This document shows, in pieces, positions 51,322 to 62,187 of a stretch of DNA of 64,000 nucleotides. Within the stretch, counting starts at the first letter, position 1; each line of letters starts with the position of its first letter. A model generated the notes under the pieces. That model was not told where the DNA came from, did not search any database, and was given only the letters and a program-made list of their open reading frames with translations. Where the stretch lies: the NCBI RefSeq assembly GCF_000328665.1, contig NC_019977.1, positions 1,364,001 through 1,428,000 on the forward strand, written 5' to 3'. The position numbers and the translations under genes are program-made. Origin of the DNA: Methanomethylovorans hollandica DSM 15978. GTDB lineage: Archaea > Halobacteriota > Methanosarcinia > Methanosarcinales > Methanosarcinaceae.

Positions 51322-51873
51322 ATGATGGGTACTGAAGATTTAAAACATGAGCATAATGAAATTGGTCTGATGCTTGATGTTCTGGGAAAGATTTGCGAAC
51401 TACTTGATGCCGGAGAAAATATTGACCCTGAACATCTTAAGCAGCTACATGATTTCATGTTTACTTTTGTGGACAAATGTCATCATACAAAGGAAGAAGA
51501 GATTTTATTTCCTATGTTGAAATCTATAAATGGTGCAGAATCTCAAAAACTGATCGATGTGCTTATTGCCGAGCATGGAACCGGACGCAAATATGCACAT
51601 GCTATAGGTGAAGCTATTTCTAATCACGAAAATGTAGATTTACAAGATCGTGCTGAAATAATTAAATACGGAAGAAATTATATTAAGCTCTTGGTTCAAC
51701 ATATTAAAAAAGAAAATAACGTTCTTTTCACAATGGCTGAAAAGAAACTTTCAGATAAGCAGAATCTAGAATTGTTTGAAAAATTTGAGGTTGTGGAAAA
51801 GGAAAAGATCGGAATGGGAGAACATGAGAAATTGCATGCAATGCTCCACCATCTGGCTGATATTTATCTCTAA
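51322..51873 (+). CDS. Hemerythrin (HHE) domain protein
   Basis: EH, HHTKEEEILFP, EH, HIKKENNVLF. Confidence 0.9.
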   Translation: MMGTEDLKHEHNEIGLMLDVLGKICELLDAGENIDPEHLKQLHDFMFTFVDKCHHTKEEEILFPMLKSINGAESQKLIDVLIAEHGTGRKYAHAIGEAISNHENVDLQDRAEIIKYGRNYIKLLVQHIKKENNVLFTMAEKKLSDKQNLELFEKFEVVEKEKIGMGEHEKLHAMLHHLADIYL

Positions 51874-51943
51874 AAAAATAGAATAGATTTTGACTCTGTG
51901 CAAAACCCAGGTCAATTATTATTACTAATAGTATCGTTATTGT

Positions 51944-52036
51944 TATAATAATAATAATAATACTTATAATACTTATAATAATAATAATAATAATACTTAT
52001 AATAATAATAATAATAATACTAATAATACTGATAAT
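51944..52036. repeat. Interrupted (AAT)n microsatellite
   Basis: Runs of AAT punctuated by ACTT/ACT. Confidence 0.9.
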
Positions 52037-52054
52037 ATCTGAGAGGATTGCAGT

Positions 52055-52180
52055 CTCAAGGTTAAAAAGAAATAGTTTGGTCGATCGAATATCCATATAC
52101 CGGATTTGTCTGATTATAATGGCAGACCCCTCTTTAGCGAAGGTATCATGCGCGATATTACCGAGATCAAAAAAGTAGGA
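52055..52180 (+). pseudogene. Possible PAS/PAC sensor fragment
   Basis: GRPLFSEGIMRDITEIKK resembles the PAC-terminal DITERK motif; no intact ORF. Confidence 0.35.
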
Positions 52181-52313
52181 TTGGAAAGATTAAAAAAAGA
52201 AGATCCTGAGTATCAGCATCTGCAAAGTAGATGCCTAGGTTACAAAAATCCTTGTGAATGCTACCATTTATGGAATATTCATTGAACTTATCCCAAAAGA
52301 TTAGCAATGTTGC

Positions 52314-52718
52314 TTAGGAAACATTCTTGGCAAGGAATGAAATCAACTCTGGACTCATTTTGGTCTCCCTTCTCAACTTTTCAACTAGATCAACCTCTGG
52401 CATCCCTTCTGATTTATACTGCTTTATGTGGTCAAATACTCTCTGGGAAATCTCGTAATATTCGTTGATGTCCTTACGGTGTCCCCACACATCACCTTCT
52501 AGAAGTTCTATAGCTTGCATTTTCAGGTACATCCTTGCAGAGCTGGATATTGTTCTTATGTAAGAACTTGGAATGTGGATTGCCTTGATCTTTGGACATC
52601 TCATTACAAGTGAGAAGATGTCCTGGTTTGATGGTCTGAACGCAAGATGAACTATCTTTTCTTCCGGATCTAATGTGTTAATCTCGTCTTTGGAACTGAC
52701 TACTCTTATTTTCATCAT
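52314..52718 (-). CDS. DUF1699 family protein
   Basis: MKIRVVSSKDEI, VHLAFRPSN, LLEGDVWGHRKDINEYY. Confidence 0.92.
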   Translation of the reverse strand: MMKIRVVSSKDEINTLDPEEKIVHLAFRPSNQDIFSLVMRCPKIKAIHIPSSYIRTISSSARMYLKMQAIELLEGDVWGHRKDINEYYEISQRVFDHIKQYKSEGMPEVDLVEKLRRETKMSPELISFLAKNVS

Positions 52719-52898
52719 TTATACTTCCTCAAATGCCGTTTTTATAAAAGAAACTGTCATTGTGAATTTGTTATTATTTCTATTTAAAGTTTATTAGGTT
52801 GTATATACCTCATAATTAGTACAATCCTCAGAATCGATGGTAACAAAGACATTAAATATTCCTTTTAAAATGTTTAAAGTGTCAGGGGGCAAAAAGAT

Positions 52899-52972
52899 CC
52901 ATCAGGCAAACACAGAATAAAAGTACAAATGCGTCAGCCCGTCAAACACACCCTGACGGGCACATCTCTCCT
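52899..52972 (-). repeat. Dispersed ~72-nt element, copy 2 (candidate structured RNA)
   Basis: Homologous to 4039-4109; perfect stem GCCCGTCA-N9-TGACGGGC. Confidence 0.75.
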
Positions 52973-53167
52973 TAATTTTTCTCCTCAAATTATGCAGACC
53001 CAATGATCCACTATAACCTTTTCTTCCTCCATTACATCCATTTGTTGCTGCTATTTTGATGATTTTCCTTTTTAAATGTAGTTCGTTCAAAAGGTATATA
53101 TACCATATATGCGATATATGTAGTATATCCACTACATATATCTTAAATGGATTAAAGAGGTGACAAT

Positions 53168-53614
53168 ATGAGAAACAGAACAATAGCAATACTTGCACTA
53201 GTACTCCTTACAGGACTCGCTGCAACTACCCTCGTAAGTGCCGAGACAAACCTTTTGCAACGTGCCTCGGGTTATGCAGGAGGTTTCTGCAACTGCGGTG
53301 CAGGTTGGAATGGAAATGCTCCGGGTTACTGCGCTACTTATGCAAACCAGGAACCTACAGTAAAGACTGTAGCAGAAGCTCTTGCAATAACTAAAACAGA
53401 GATCTCAGACGATGTAACGGAAAATGATATCTACCAAATGGGTAGATGGTGGATAGTTCCTTACACAGGAGATGATGGTACTGCCAAGCAAGGACGTATC
53501 GATGCATATACAGGTGAAGTTATTCCTGACTTCTTCACTTCACAGTATGCTCCTTCCCAGTACAGGCAGGGAATGGGCAGAGGTTATGGCATGATGGGTA
53601 TGCGGAGGTATTAA
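53168..53614 (+). CDS. Secreted protein with PepSY-like motif and Gly/Met-rich tail
   Basis: Signal peptide; IDAYTGEV; GMGRGYGMMGM. Confidence 0.75.
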   Translation: MRNRTIAILALVLLTGLAATTLVSAETNLLQRASGYAGGFCNCGAGWNGNAPGYCATYANQEPTVKTVAEALAITKTEISDDVTENDIYQMGRWWIVPYTGDDGTAKQGRIDAYTGEVIPDFFTSQYAPSQYRQGMGRGYGMMGMRRY

Positions 53615-53715
53615 ATTCCATACCCACTTTTTAACAATATGACGTGCTTTTTAAATCGAAAAAAGCCATCTATTCAATTATTAAAAAGTAATTTATTTAA
53701 TAACACATTTATGGA

Positions 53716-53946
53716 GTGAAATTGACAGGTATGATGGGGTATTATGGTAGTATGTATGGCGGCGTCTTTGGTTTTTTCATCCAGATACTGGTCATACTTC
53801 TCATTGTAGGAGTGGTGGTCATGCTGCTTAGCAAGTCCAACTTTGCAGGCTCTGGTAACAATGAGAGGCTGGTGAAAGTGGAGAAGGATGTGGAAGAGAT
53901 CAAAAAAGCCGTGGAAGAAATAAGGAACAAACTGAACGAGATCTAA
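53716..53946 (+). CDS. Small membrane protein with C-terminal coiled coil
   Basis: MMGYYG.., one TM helix, EKDVEEIKKAVEEI. Confidence 0.7.
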   Translation: MKLTGMMGYYGSMYGGVFGFFIQILVILLIVGVVVMLLSKSNFAGSGNNERLVKVEKDVEEIKKAVEEIRNKLNEI

Positions 53947-53954
53947 TTTTTCAC

Positions 53955-53986
53955 TAATGCATTAAGACATAATGCATTAAGACATA
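53955..53986. repeat. 15-bp tandem duplication containing palindrome TAATGCATTA upstream of the ArsR gene
   Basis: TAATGCATTAAGACA x2. Confidence 0.7.
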
Positions 53987-54036
53987 GTCTTATACAACTG
54001 GAATAGCATAATGGCACGTTTAGAGATGGTCTGCAG

Positions 54037-54330
54037 ATGACCCAATCACTTGAACAAATAGTGCACATCGGTGAGGCTCTTGCTCACCCTGTGAGAATAC
54101 GATTATTGTACATGCTTTCGGAAAATGAGAGATATATCTATGAGCTTGCCAAAGAGCTGAATCTTTCCAGGCAGGTGGTGGACCTGCATCTAAAACGTCT
54201 AGAAAAGGCAGGTTTTGTGGAAAGCGACTTGAGGCTTGAAGAGAATGACATGCGGGCAAAGAAGTTCTTCCGACTCAAGGAATTTGATATAAAAATTTGT
54301 ACAGCTGACCTTAAAAACATATTCACTTGA
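54037..54330 (+). CDS. ArsR family transcriptional regulator
   Basis: ALAHPVRIRLL, ELAKELNLSRQ, HLKRLEKAGFV. Confidence 0.9.
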   Translation: MTQSLEQIVHIGEALAHPVRIRLLYMLSENERYIYELAKELNLSRQVVDLHLKRLEKAGFVESDLRLEENDMRAKKFFRLKEFDIKICTADLKNIFT

Positions 54331-54488
54331 TCTGTTCTGGTTAATCTGCTCTCTTGTAATGAAGATGATACCTCAAATCTTACAGTTGACCTTTACTGTA
54401 AAACACAGACACGTAAAATGAGATTAAAAAAGAAGGATGGAAAAACAAATAGTTGATTTCTCACTAAATGTTTAACCAATTATAAGAT

Positions 54489-54692
54489 TTAAGCAACTTC
54501 GCCAAATGCGAATTTGCTCATTACCTTATTGACCTTTATCGTGACTTCATCGCCAACCTCGGTGTTGGGTACAAAGACAACAAATCCGCTTACTCTTGCG
54601 ATTCCGTCGCCTTCTCTTGCGATGTCTTCAATTGTCACTTCATAATTCTGTCCAGCTTCTACTGGAGCACTTGACTGCATGTTACTAAACAA
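54489..54692 (-). CDS. Single TRAM domain protein (archaeal RNA chaperone/cold-shock type)
   Basis: PVEAGQNYEVTIEDIAREGDGIARVSGFVVFVP..FAFGEV; start uncertain (54701, 54692 or 54680). Confidence 0.92.
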   Translation of the reverse strand: MFSNMQSSAPVEAGQNYEVTIEDIAREGDGIARVSGFVVFVPNTEVGDEVTIKVNKVMSKFAFGEVA

Positions 54693-55126
54693 ATGTTTCA
54701 CGTCCTAATTGATTAGCTTAAAAAGAAATACAACCATTTGGTTGAAAATAAGAAAAACAGTAAATATGAAAAATACTATCTAAACCTATAATTCAGCAAA
54801 TCAGTATCAAACTCTATAAGCATCTCTAGAATAGTAAGGATCCTATATATAGCTGTCCCTATATAGGCTCTGTACCATTGCAGAAATCTTGTAAAAACGA
54901 TGTCCTCTGTGCTGAAAAGGAAACATGGAGAAGAAGGGTACATATATTGTTCAAGTGAACATTTCCAAAAAGCTTCTCAAAAAAAAGGGTTATCAAAATC
55001 TTCTATCATTGCTCTTTGCATGTATTCTTACACCTATTATATGATGTATACATTAACATTTTGAGTTTATGATTTCACCAAGTAGAGAGGTATCATTGAT
55101 ATAGTCTAAGAGCTATAGAACCTCTC

Positions 55127-56443
55127 ATGCAGGTCCCTGAAACAGAACACACGATAGGCATGGAATTATATGCAACTACAACCGGAGATATCGGAGGAAA
55201 GCTCAGGCAGGTGCCGGAGGATTTCATAGTAAAGGAAGTATCCGGCTGGGAGGTGGAAGCTTCCGGGAAACACCTGATTTTAGAACTCACTAAAAGGGAC
55301 TGGGACACAAATCATATCATCAGGGATCTTTCGAGATCACTTGGTATCAGCCAGAAGCGCATTGGTTTCGCAGGTACAAAAGACAAAAGAGCTGTAACCA
55401 CCCAGCGCATCAGTATCTTTGATGTTACTGAAGAGACCATTGAAAAAGTGCATATCAAAGATGTACAGTTGACGCCTCTTGGAAGATACAGGAGATCTGT
55501 GGAACTGGGAGATCTGCGGGGAAATATATTCCAGATAACTATACGGGATATAGATCTTGCAACAGACGAACTGAAGCAAAGAATGGACGGGATCACTTCC
55601 GAGATACAGAATATGGGAGGAGTCCCTAATTTCTTTGGAATACAGCGCTTTGGAGCCATCCGGCCGGTTACACATCTGGTAGGAGAAGCTCTGGTCAGAG
55701 GTTCACCCGAAGAAGCTGCAATGATATATATTGCTGCAAGTTTCAAAGACGAGCCGCAAGAAACAAGGATAGCAAGAGATGAAGTACGGAACACCAGAGA
55801 TTTTGCACAGGGACTGAGAACATTTCCTCCCCGTCTGCGCTATGAACGTGCCATGATGCACTATCTTGTGGAGCATCCGGAAGATTATAAAGGTTCGTTC
55901 TCGATGTTGACAGACAGCATGAGCAGGATGTTCGTACATGCATTCCAGTCATACATATATAATAGAGTGATCTGTGCAAGAATTCAAGCCGGAATTCCTC
56001 TTAACCAGGCCATTGAAGGAGATATCGTATGCTTCAAGAACAGTGATTCTCTGCCTGATACATCAAAAACACAACGTGTCAATGCTGTGAACCTGGAAGG
56101 AATGAACAATCTTATAAAAAGAGGACGGGCATTTGTCACTGCGCCGCTCTTCGGATATAATACCGAGATGGCTTCGGGAATCTCCGGAGAAATTGAATCA
56201 GCTATCATAGAGGAACTCAAATTAACTACTGAGGAGTTCCAGTTGCAGGAAATACCCTCCATGGCTTCAAAGGGACAAAGAAGAGAGATACTTCTTAATG
56301 TACAGCCACAATTCAAGATCCTCGAAGATGACCTGAACAACGGAAAGCAAAAAGTGATGGTGGAATTCTCCCTTCCTAAAGGAAGCTATGCCACCACAGT
56401 GCTGCGCGAATATATGAAGGTGGACCCTCTTAAAATGAGTTAA
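55127..56443 (+). CDS. truD: tRNA pseudouridine(13) synthase
   Basis: [51 protein letters not shown]. Confidence 0.96.
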   Translation: MQVPETEHTIGMELYATTTGDIGGKLRQVPEDFIVKEVSGWEVEASGKHLILELTKRDWDTNHIIRDLSRSLGISQKRIGFAGTKDKRAVTTQRISIFDVTEETIEKVHIKDVQLTPLGRYRRSVELGDLRGNIFQITIRDIDLATDELKQRMDGITSEIQNMGGVPNFFGIQRFGAIRPVTHLVGEALVRGSPEEAAMIYIAASFKDEPQETRIARDEVRNTRDFAQGLRTFPPRLRYERAMMHYLVEHPEDYKGSFSMLTDSMSRMFVHAFQSYIYNRVICARIQAGIPLNQAIEGDIVCFKNSDSLPDTSKTQRVNAVNLEGMNNLIKRGRAFVTAPLFGYNTEMASGISGEIESAIIEELKLTTEEFQLQEIPSMASKGQRREILLNVQPQFKILEDDLNNGKQKVMVEFSLPKGSYATTVLREYMKVDPLKMS

Positions 56444-58038
56444 CACCTTTCTTTCTGCCTGTCAAGCATGGCGCACATAAAAGCTTTAAATGGAGGAGAA
56501 GGTTTGCCCGGTCTTGATTTGAACTCTGGATGGAACTGAGATGCAAAGAAGAACGGATGTCCGGTAAGTTCGCATATTTCCATGCGGTTCCTGTTGACCC
56601 CGGAGAACACAAGGCCCTTTTCCTGCAATTTGTCCACAAAGTTGGGATTTACTTCATATCTGTGCCTGTGACGTTCAATTATACTGCGTGACCCATAGAT
56701 CTTTTCTGCGAGGGAGCCTGGCTTAAGCTGAGCCTCATAATCACCCAGCCTCATCGTGGCTCCCATATCCTCCACCCCTTCCTGCTCTGGCAATATATCT
56801 ATGACCGGAAAAGGAGTATCTTCGTTGAACTCAGTACTATTAGCTTTTTCAAGACCCACTACATTCCTTGCAAACTCTACTACAGATAACTGCATTCCCA
56901 GACAAAGTCCCAGGAATGGGATATTGTGCTCGCGGGCGTATCTGATAGCCATAATTTTACCTTCAGTACCTCTTTCCCCAAAGCCTCCCGGAACCAGAAT
57001 CCCATCATATGCCTCCAGCTTTTTAAGACATTCCGGGTCATGTTCCAGTGTTTCTGCATTGAGCCAGTCCGTAACATAATCACAACCACATTCTGTAGAA
57101 GCATGTTTAATGGATGCACTGATGCTGAGGTATGAATCCTCAAGGTGAGTGTACTTCCCTACAATGCAAATATTCACCTGTCCCTTTAGGTTTTGCATGC
57201 GCTCCACCATTTCGATCCAGGATGTATCAGAAGTTGTCGATTTGAGAGAAAGTCTTTTTATCAGATATTGAGTAAGCCCTTCTTTATCCATCAAAAGAGG
57301 CAATTCATAAATGTCCCTTGCATCATGGGCACTGATAACAGCTTCTTCCGGTACATCACAGAACAGGGATATCTTTGAGATTGTATTTCTGGAAAGAGGT
57401 TCCTTGCACCTGGCAACTATTACATTTGGTGTCAATCCAAGTTCCCTGAGCTCCTTAACAGAATGCTGCGTTGGCTTGGTCTTCTGCTCACCCTGAGTAT
57501 CTATTGGCACTAGCGTCACATGCACAAAAATAAGGTTGTCTGTTTTCTCTTCACGGTGCATCTGTCTGACAGCTTCGAGGAAAGGCATGCTTTCAATATC
57601 ACCCACAGTGCCTCCTACCTCAATAAGACATATATCAGCGCCACTCTTTGCAGCAACCTTTCTTATCCGGTCCTTGATCTCATTAGTGATGTGGGGAATG
57701 ATCTGCACGGTCTTCCCCAAGTAATCTCCCCTGCGCTCTTTTGAAATCACGGACTGGTAGATCTTACCTGTGGTCAGATTATGATCCCGGGTAAGCTCAG
57801 TGTCAAGGAACCGTTCGTAGTTCCCAAGATCAAGATCCACTTCCCCTCCATCCTTAAGGACGAAGACCTCTCCGTGCTGATAGGGACTCATCGTCCCTGC
57901 ATCAATGTTAATATATGGGTCGATCTTGATGGCTGTGACCTTATACCCTATGTTCTTAAGGTTCCTGCCAATGGATGCAGCAGTGATGCCTTTACCAAGA
58001 CCGCTCATAACTCCGCCTGTAACTACGATATATTTCAT
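56440..58038 (-). CDS. pyrG: CTP synthase
   Basis: [54 protein letters not shown]. Confidence 0.98.
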   Translation of the reverse strand: MKYIVVTGGVMSGLGKGITAASIGRNLKNIGYKVTAIKIDPYINIDAGTMSPYQHGEVFVLKDGGEVDLDLGNYERFLDTELTRDHNLTTGKIYQSVISKERRGDYLGKTVQIIPHITNEIKDRIRKVAAKSGADICLIEVGGTVGDIESMPFLEAVRQMHREEKTDNLIFVHVTLVPIDTQGEQKTKPTQHSVKELRELGLTPNVIVARCKEPLSRNTISKISLFCDVPEEAVISAHDARDIYELPLLMDKEGLTQYLIKRLSLKSTTSDTSWIEMVERMQNLKGQVNICIVGKYTHLEDSYLSISASIKHASTECGCDYVTDWLNAETLEHDPECLKKLEAYDGILVPGGFGERGTEGKIMAIRYAREHNIPFLGLCLGMQLSVVEFARNVVGLEKANSTEFNEDTPFPVIDILPEQEGVEDMGATMRLGDYEAQLKPGSLAEKIYGSRSIIERHRHRYEVNPNFVDKLQEKGLVFSGVNRNRMEICELTGHPFFFASQFHPEFKSRPGKPSPPFKAFMCAMLDRQKERC

Positions 58039-58056
58039 GTGGGTCAACTACCTGGA

Positions 58057-58740
58057 TCACTTGAAGACTGGAAGATTTAATATAAGATATACGCAAAATG
58101 CCGTAAATACAATCGATAAAGCAACAGCAAAATAGAAGCTCAGTGCTGGGCTGAGTCCATAAGAGAATATACTTGACATCGTAAAGATGAACAGAACTAT
58201 AAGAAGAACACCGGAAAGAAAGATCGTAGCCTTGGAGACCAGGTACTCATAATTGTATTTCAGCTTTCCTATAGAAATACCCGGAAGTTTCTCTTTCCAC
58301 GAAACAGCAGGCTTCTTGTTCTTTATGTAGACCTCATTAGGTGCTGACAGAGAATCATCGACCTGTATGCATCGGGTATCCTTGCTTATAAGAGGCTGAC
58401 CTAGAACCATAGAAAAACTACTTTTTCTTGCACCATGGCTCACTGTTACATAAACATCGCCCTGATATATCTTTTTTCCATCAAAGGGAATGCGGACTAC
58501 CACCGGGACATAATCTTCATGTGTCACATATGGATTGTCCTCAAGAATAGTGACATTGGGTTTGAGAGTATCGCTTACAGAAATGTGTACATGTGTAGGT
58601 GAACTGTAATTGATGATCACTATCTCAAAACTCTTTTCTTCCCCCGGAGAGAGAGGTATCTCCATAGATTCCATATCAAATTCAATGGAATTGATCCCCA
58701 GTCTGTTAATATGAACTACCTGCAATTTACCTTCCCTCAT
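58057..58740 (-). CDS. Conserved hypothetical membrane protein
   Basis: VHINRLGINSIEF N-terminus, two C-terminal TM helices, overlaps trm112 stop. Confidence 0.75.
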   Translation of the reverse strand: MREGKLQVVHINRLGINSIEFDMESMEIPLSPGEEKSFEIVIINYSSPTHVHISVSDTLKPNVTILEDNPYVTHEDYVPVVVRIPFDGKKIYQGDVYVTVSHGARKSSFSMVLGQPLISKDTRCIQVDDSLSAPNEVYIKNKKPAVSWKEKLPGISIGKLKYNYEYLVSKATIFLSGVLLIVLFIFTMSSIFSYGLSPALSFYFAVALSIVFTAFCVYLILNLPVFK

Positions 58741-58919
58741 TCTCTTAGATGCGGAGGCAACATGTTAGGTATACCCTCGTCTATTGGATAGTATTCATTG
58801 CACTTTTTACAGTACAAAGTACCTGTTATAATTTCTGCGTCCTCTTTGCTCTGCACGTTCAGAACAAGATCTCCTTTACATAAAGGACACGCAAGGATCT
58901 CCATTAGGTCCTCTTTCAC
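58737..58919 (-). CDS. Trm112 family methyltransferase activator
   Basis: LMEILACPLCK..LYCKKC..YPIDEGIPNML. Confidence 0.92.
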   Translation of the reverse strand: MKEDLMEILACPLCKGDLVLNVQSKEDAEIITGTLYCKKCNEYYPIDEGIPNMLPPHLRE

Positions 58920-59020
58920 TGCTGCTCACCACCATCAAATACATTGCAGTAAATATCAAGGTTTTGGTGATATTTAATTATGAGATACATTAATCTAGAT
59001 ACTATACATTACATATTGCC

Positions 59021-59959
59021 ATGCTTGACCTTCTGCTCAAAGTGCTAGATTTTGCCATCCCGATACTAATAGTGATAGCAATTGGACTTTTTGGCACAGG
59101 CCTTCTGATAGAGCTTGGACTGATGCAAAAGTTGTCCGTAATTGCTGGTCCTCTTTTTCGGCATACCAATCTTCCGGAAAGCTGTGCTTCAGCATTTGTA
59201 GTTGCCCTGGGGTCAACAGTTGCTGCCAATAGCATGGTGGTGCAGGTGCGCAACAGTGGGTGTATCAATGATACAGAGGCAATGCTATGCGCTCTGCTCA
59301 ACAGTACCCCCGCATATATAAGAGAGATACTTACATATCAGATACCGATAGTACTGCCAGCCCTCGGATACTTTGTAGGTGGATTCTATGTAGGAGTGTT
59401 CATACTTACGGCAATAGTAAAGATCTCAATAGTGGTCATCCTCAGCAAACTGCTGCTTGAGAAAAATAACTGTAAGATGACTGATACAACTACCCGGAAA
59501 AAGGTTTCCTTGAAAGATGCTATCAAGAGAACTTTTATGAAAGAGAAACGTCTGTTCACGAGGATCGCCTTAGTATATCTGGCTATGACCACAATTGTTT
59601 TTTATCTAAGGGAAAACGGGATATTAGAGGTGTTCAGCTTGTTGCCACTTGCAAATATCTTTCATATCCCTTCTGAAAGTATCGTTCCCCTCACAACCTA
59701 TATTGCAAGCCCTATTATGGGGATATCATTACTCGGCCCCATGCTGAGTGATAATGGGATCTCGCCTGTACAGGCAATGATAGTCCTCATGCTGGGGAGT
59801 ATGTTCATGCTGCCGATGTTTGGGATCAGATCACTTCTTCCCCGATACATATCGCTGTTCGGAGCAAAAGTTGGTACAAAGATAGTAGGAATATCAGTAG
59901 GCATCAGTGTTTTTGTAAGGTTGACGATACTTATCCTTCTGTTACAGGTAGCCGGATAA
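59021..59959 (+). CDS. Nucleoside recognition (Gate) domain membrane protein
   Basis: Multi-TM; PLFRHTNLPESCASAF, duplicated gate-like halves. Confidence 0.75.
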   Translation: MLDLLLKVLDFAIPILIVIAIGLFGTGLLIELGLMQKLSVIAGPLFRHTNLPESCASAFVVALGSTVAANSMVVQVRNSGCINDTEAMLCALLNSTPAYIREILTYQIPIVLPALGYFVGGFYVGVFILTAIVKISIVVILSKLLLEKNNCKMTDTTTRKKVSLKDAIKRTFMKEKRLFTRIALVYLAMTTIVFYLRENGILEVFSLLPLANIFHIPSESIVPLTTYIASPIMGISLLGPMLSDNGISPVQAMIVLMLGSMFMLPMFGIRSLLPRYISLFGAKVGTKIVGISVGISVFVRLTILILLLQVAG

Positions 59960-59968
59960 AAGAAAAGC

Positions 59969-59989
59969 CAGAGCCAGATGTTGGCTCTG
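59969..59989. terminator. Hairpin between convergent genes
   Basis: CAGAGCCA-GATGT-TGGCTCTG. Confidence 0.4.
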
Positions 59990-60019
59990 TAGGGATTTTA
60001 AAAACCTTAAAACACAGCA

Positions 60020-60405
60020 TGTTACCTTCAAGAGTGGTTATGTTGTCCATGCTAACAACGTCCCCAGCCATGTACTTGCCTGATGCCACATGATAGGTAA
60101 GTACTTTTGTCAGTTCTGTTTTGTTAGCCAGCAGGCATTCAAAGTCTCTTCAGGAACTGCGGCAAACGCAGCATCTGTAGGTGCAAAGACTGTGAAAGGC
60201 CCTTCTGAGCTAAGAGTTTCTACAAGATCTTTTGCACAGCCGTTACAAGGGTATTGAACGAACCTGCATCTATAGGTGTCTGTACTATGTTCTTTTGCTC
60301 AGTTACCTCGGTCTCATTTCCTGCTTCTGGTTGTTCTTCTGGCTGTTCCGTACATCCTGATAGCATTAAACTGAAGGCTATCAGTAAAATTACAAATTTG
60401 TTTAT
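60020..60405 (-). pseudogene. Fasciclin (FAS1) lipoprotein, frameshifted and truncated
   Basis: LMLSGC lipobox, [16 protein letters not shown] / [21 protein letters not shown] / VLTYHV in successive segments separated by two frameshifts; start reads ATA. Confidence 0.85.
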
Positions 60406-60693
60406 TTATTTGTTTAGTTGCCGTTTATCAGACTTTTTTCATTGAAATAATAACGAATTACAGAACTCTGAGACATGCTGCCATAATATCTTTCAATGGC
60501 TGTCATCACGATACTGATCAGGAAAATAAAAGGAAACTCATCAGCTTACTAATACTGTATTTTGATAATGCTGTCTACAAGAGACATTATAATCAACATG
60601 TTTTTATATTAATAATGTGTAACTGCAATTGGTATATTATTAAAAATATAAAAACAATAGTATAAAAACTTTTTTAGTTATCGGTGAGGGAAT

Positions 60694-61050
60694 ATGGCAA
60701 AAGTAATGATTGTGGATGATGCGGCTTTTATGCGCATGGTCATCAAGGATATTCTTACAAAGAACGGGCATGAAGTTGTTGCAGAGGCTGTAGATGGCCT
60801 GGATGCAGTAAAAAAATACCCACTGGTAAAACCGGAACTTATGTTCATGGATATAGTCATGCCAAATATGGAAGGTATCGATGCGCTCAAAAATATCATG
60901 GCATCAAATCCAGATGCAAAAGTAGTGATGTGTTCTTCCATAGGACAGCAGTCTGTAGTCACTGAGGCCCTAAAGATCGGAGCTCGGGACTTCATCGTAA
61001 AGCCATTCGATGCAAAGAAAGTACTTGAAGTCGTCAAGAAAGTAATGTAA
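60694..61050 (+). CDS. cheY: Chemotaxis response regulator
   Basis: IVDDAAFMRM, MDIVMP, FIVKPF. Confidence 0.95.
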   Translation: MAKVMIVDDAAFMRMVIKDILTKNGHEVVAEAVDGLDAVKKYPLVKPELMFMDIVMPNMEGIDALKNIMASNPDAKVVMCSSIGQQSVVTEALKIGARDFIVKPFDAKKVLEVVKKVM

Positions 61051-61052
61051 AT

Positions 61053-62147
61053 ATGACCATCAGAGTACTTGTTGTTGATGATTCTGCCCTGATGCGTAAG
61101 ATAATTTCGGATATACTCAACAGTGATCCGGATATAGAAGTTATCGATACCGCACGCAATGGCCAGATGGCCGTGGAAAAGGTCGAAAGGCTCAGACCGG
61201 ATGTAGTTACACTGGATCACGAAATGCCTGTGCTGGAAGGCCTTGGTGCTCTGGGATATATAATGAGCGAATGCCCCACGCCGGTGATCATGCTAACGGC
61301 TGCAGACGAGAGAGGAGCAGAACTCACATTGAATGCTTTTGAGTATGGAGCACTCGATTTTATCCAGAAACCTTCCGGAACTATAAGCCGCGATATAGAA
61401 CTCATCGCAGAGGAAATCCGGGCAAAAGTCAAGGCTGCTGCAAAGGCACAGCTCAAGAACCTGCATTTCATGGAAGAGCATGTAAAAAGTTCCGAGAAAG
61501 GAAAAATACATGCTGAAAATACCTTACCAATATCCAATACATCCAAAGCTACCCCCAGGCGTATAATGACAAAAAAGATACTTGCCATTGGTACCTCCAC
61601 TGGAGGGCCCAGAGCTCTGGAGAAAGTGATTCCAAAGCTTCCGCGTGACCTTAAAGCAGCAGTGCTGGTAGTCCAGCATATGCCTGCCGGATTTACTGCT
61701 TCGCTGGCTCAGAGGCTGAAAGTACAATCTGAACTGGAAGTGAGGGAAGCAAAAGATGGCGACCTGATAAGGGAAGGTGTTGTGCTCATAGCGCCGGGTG
61801 ATTATCATATGGAAGTAGTTCAGAAGATGATAGATGGAAAGACGGTAGAAGTGATCGCGCTTAACAAAGAACCCAGGGAATTAGGTGTCAGGCCTTGCGT
61901 GAATGTGCTCTTCAGGACATTAGCTCCAATATATGGTTCCAACATACTTTCGGTGATCATGACAGGCATGGGTATGGATGGAGCTGAAGGTGTAGAGCGC
62001 ATAAAGAATGCCGGAGGAAAGGCAATAGCTGAAGATGAGAGATCATGTGTTGTTTATGGGATGCCAAAAGCCATAGTTGATCGTGGACTTGCGGATCGTG
62101 TGGTACCCCTTGAGATGATAGCCACAGCAATTCAGCAGCTCATATGA
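61053..62147 (+). CDS. cheB: Chemotaxis protein-glutamate methylesterase
   Basis: Receiver domain plus IGTSTGGP, VQHMP, MTGMGMDG, VYGMP. Confidence 0.97.
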   Translation: MTIRVLVVDDSALMRKIISDILNSDPDIEVIDTARNGQMAVEKVERLRPDVVTLDHEMPVLEGLGALGYIMSECPTPVIMLTAADERGAELTLNAFEYGALDFIQKPSGTISRDIELIAEEIRAKVKAAAKAQLKNLHFMEEHVKSSEKGKIHAENTLPISNTSKATPRRIMTKKILAIGTSTGGPRALEKVIPKLPRDLKAAVLVVQHMPAGFTASLAQRLKVQSELEVREAKDGDLIREGVVLIAPGDYHMEVVQKMIDGKTVEVIALNKEPRELGVRPCVNVLFRTLAPIYGSNILSVIMTGMGMDGAEGVERIKNAGGKAIAEDERSCVVYGMPKAIVDRGLADRVVPLEMIATAIQQLI

Positions 62148-62187
62148 AAGCATCATACGATGGTTGAAAGTCACTGTTGGTGATATT

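Noticed and set aside
51728..52096. Poly-Ile membrane protein ORF
   Set aside because: Product of the AAT microsatellite read on the minus strand; overlaps the hemerythrin gene antisense
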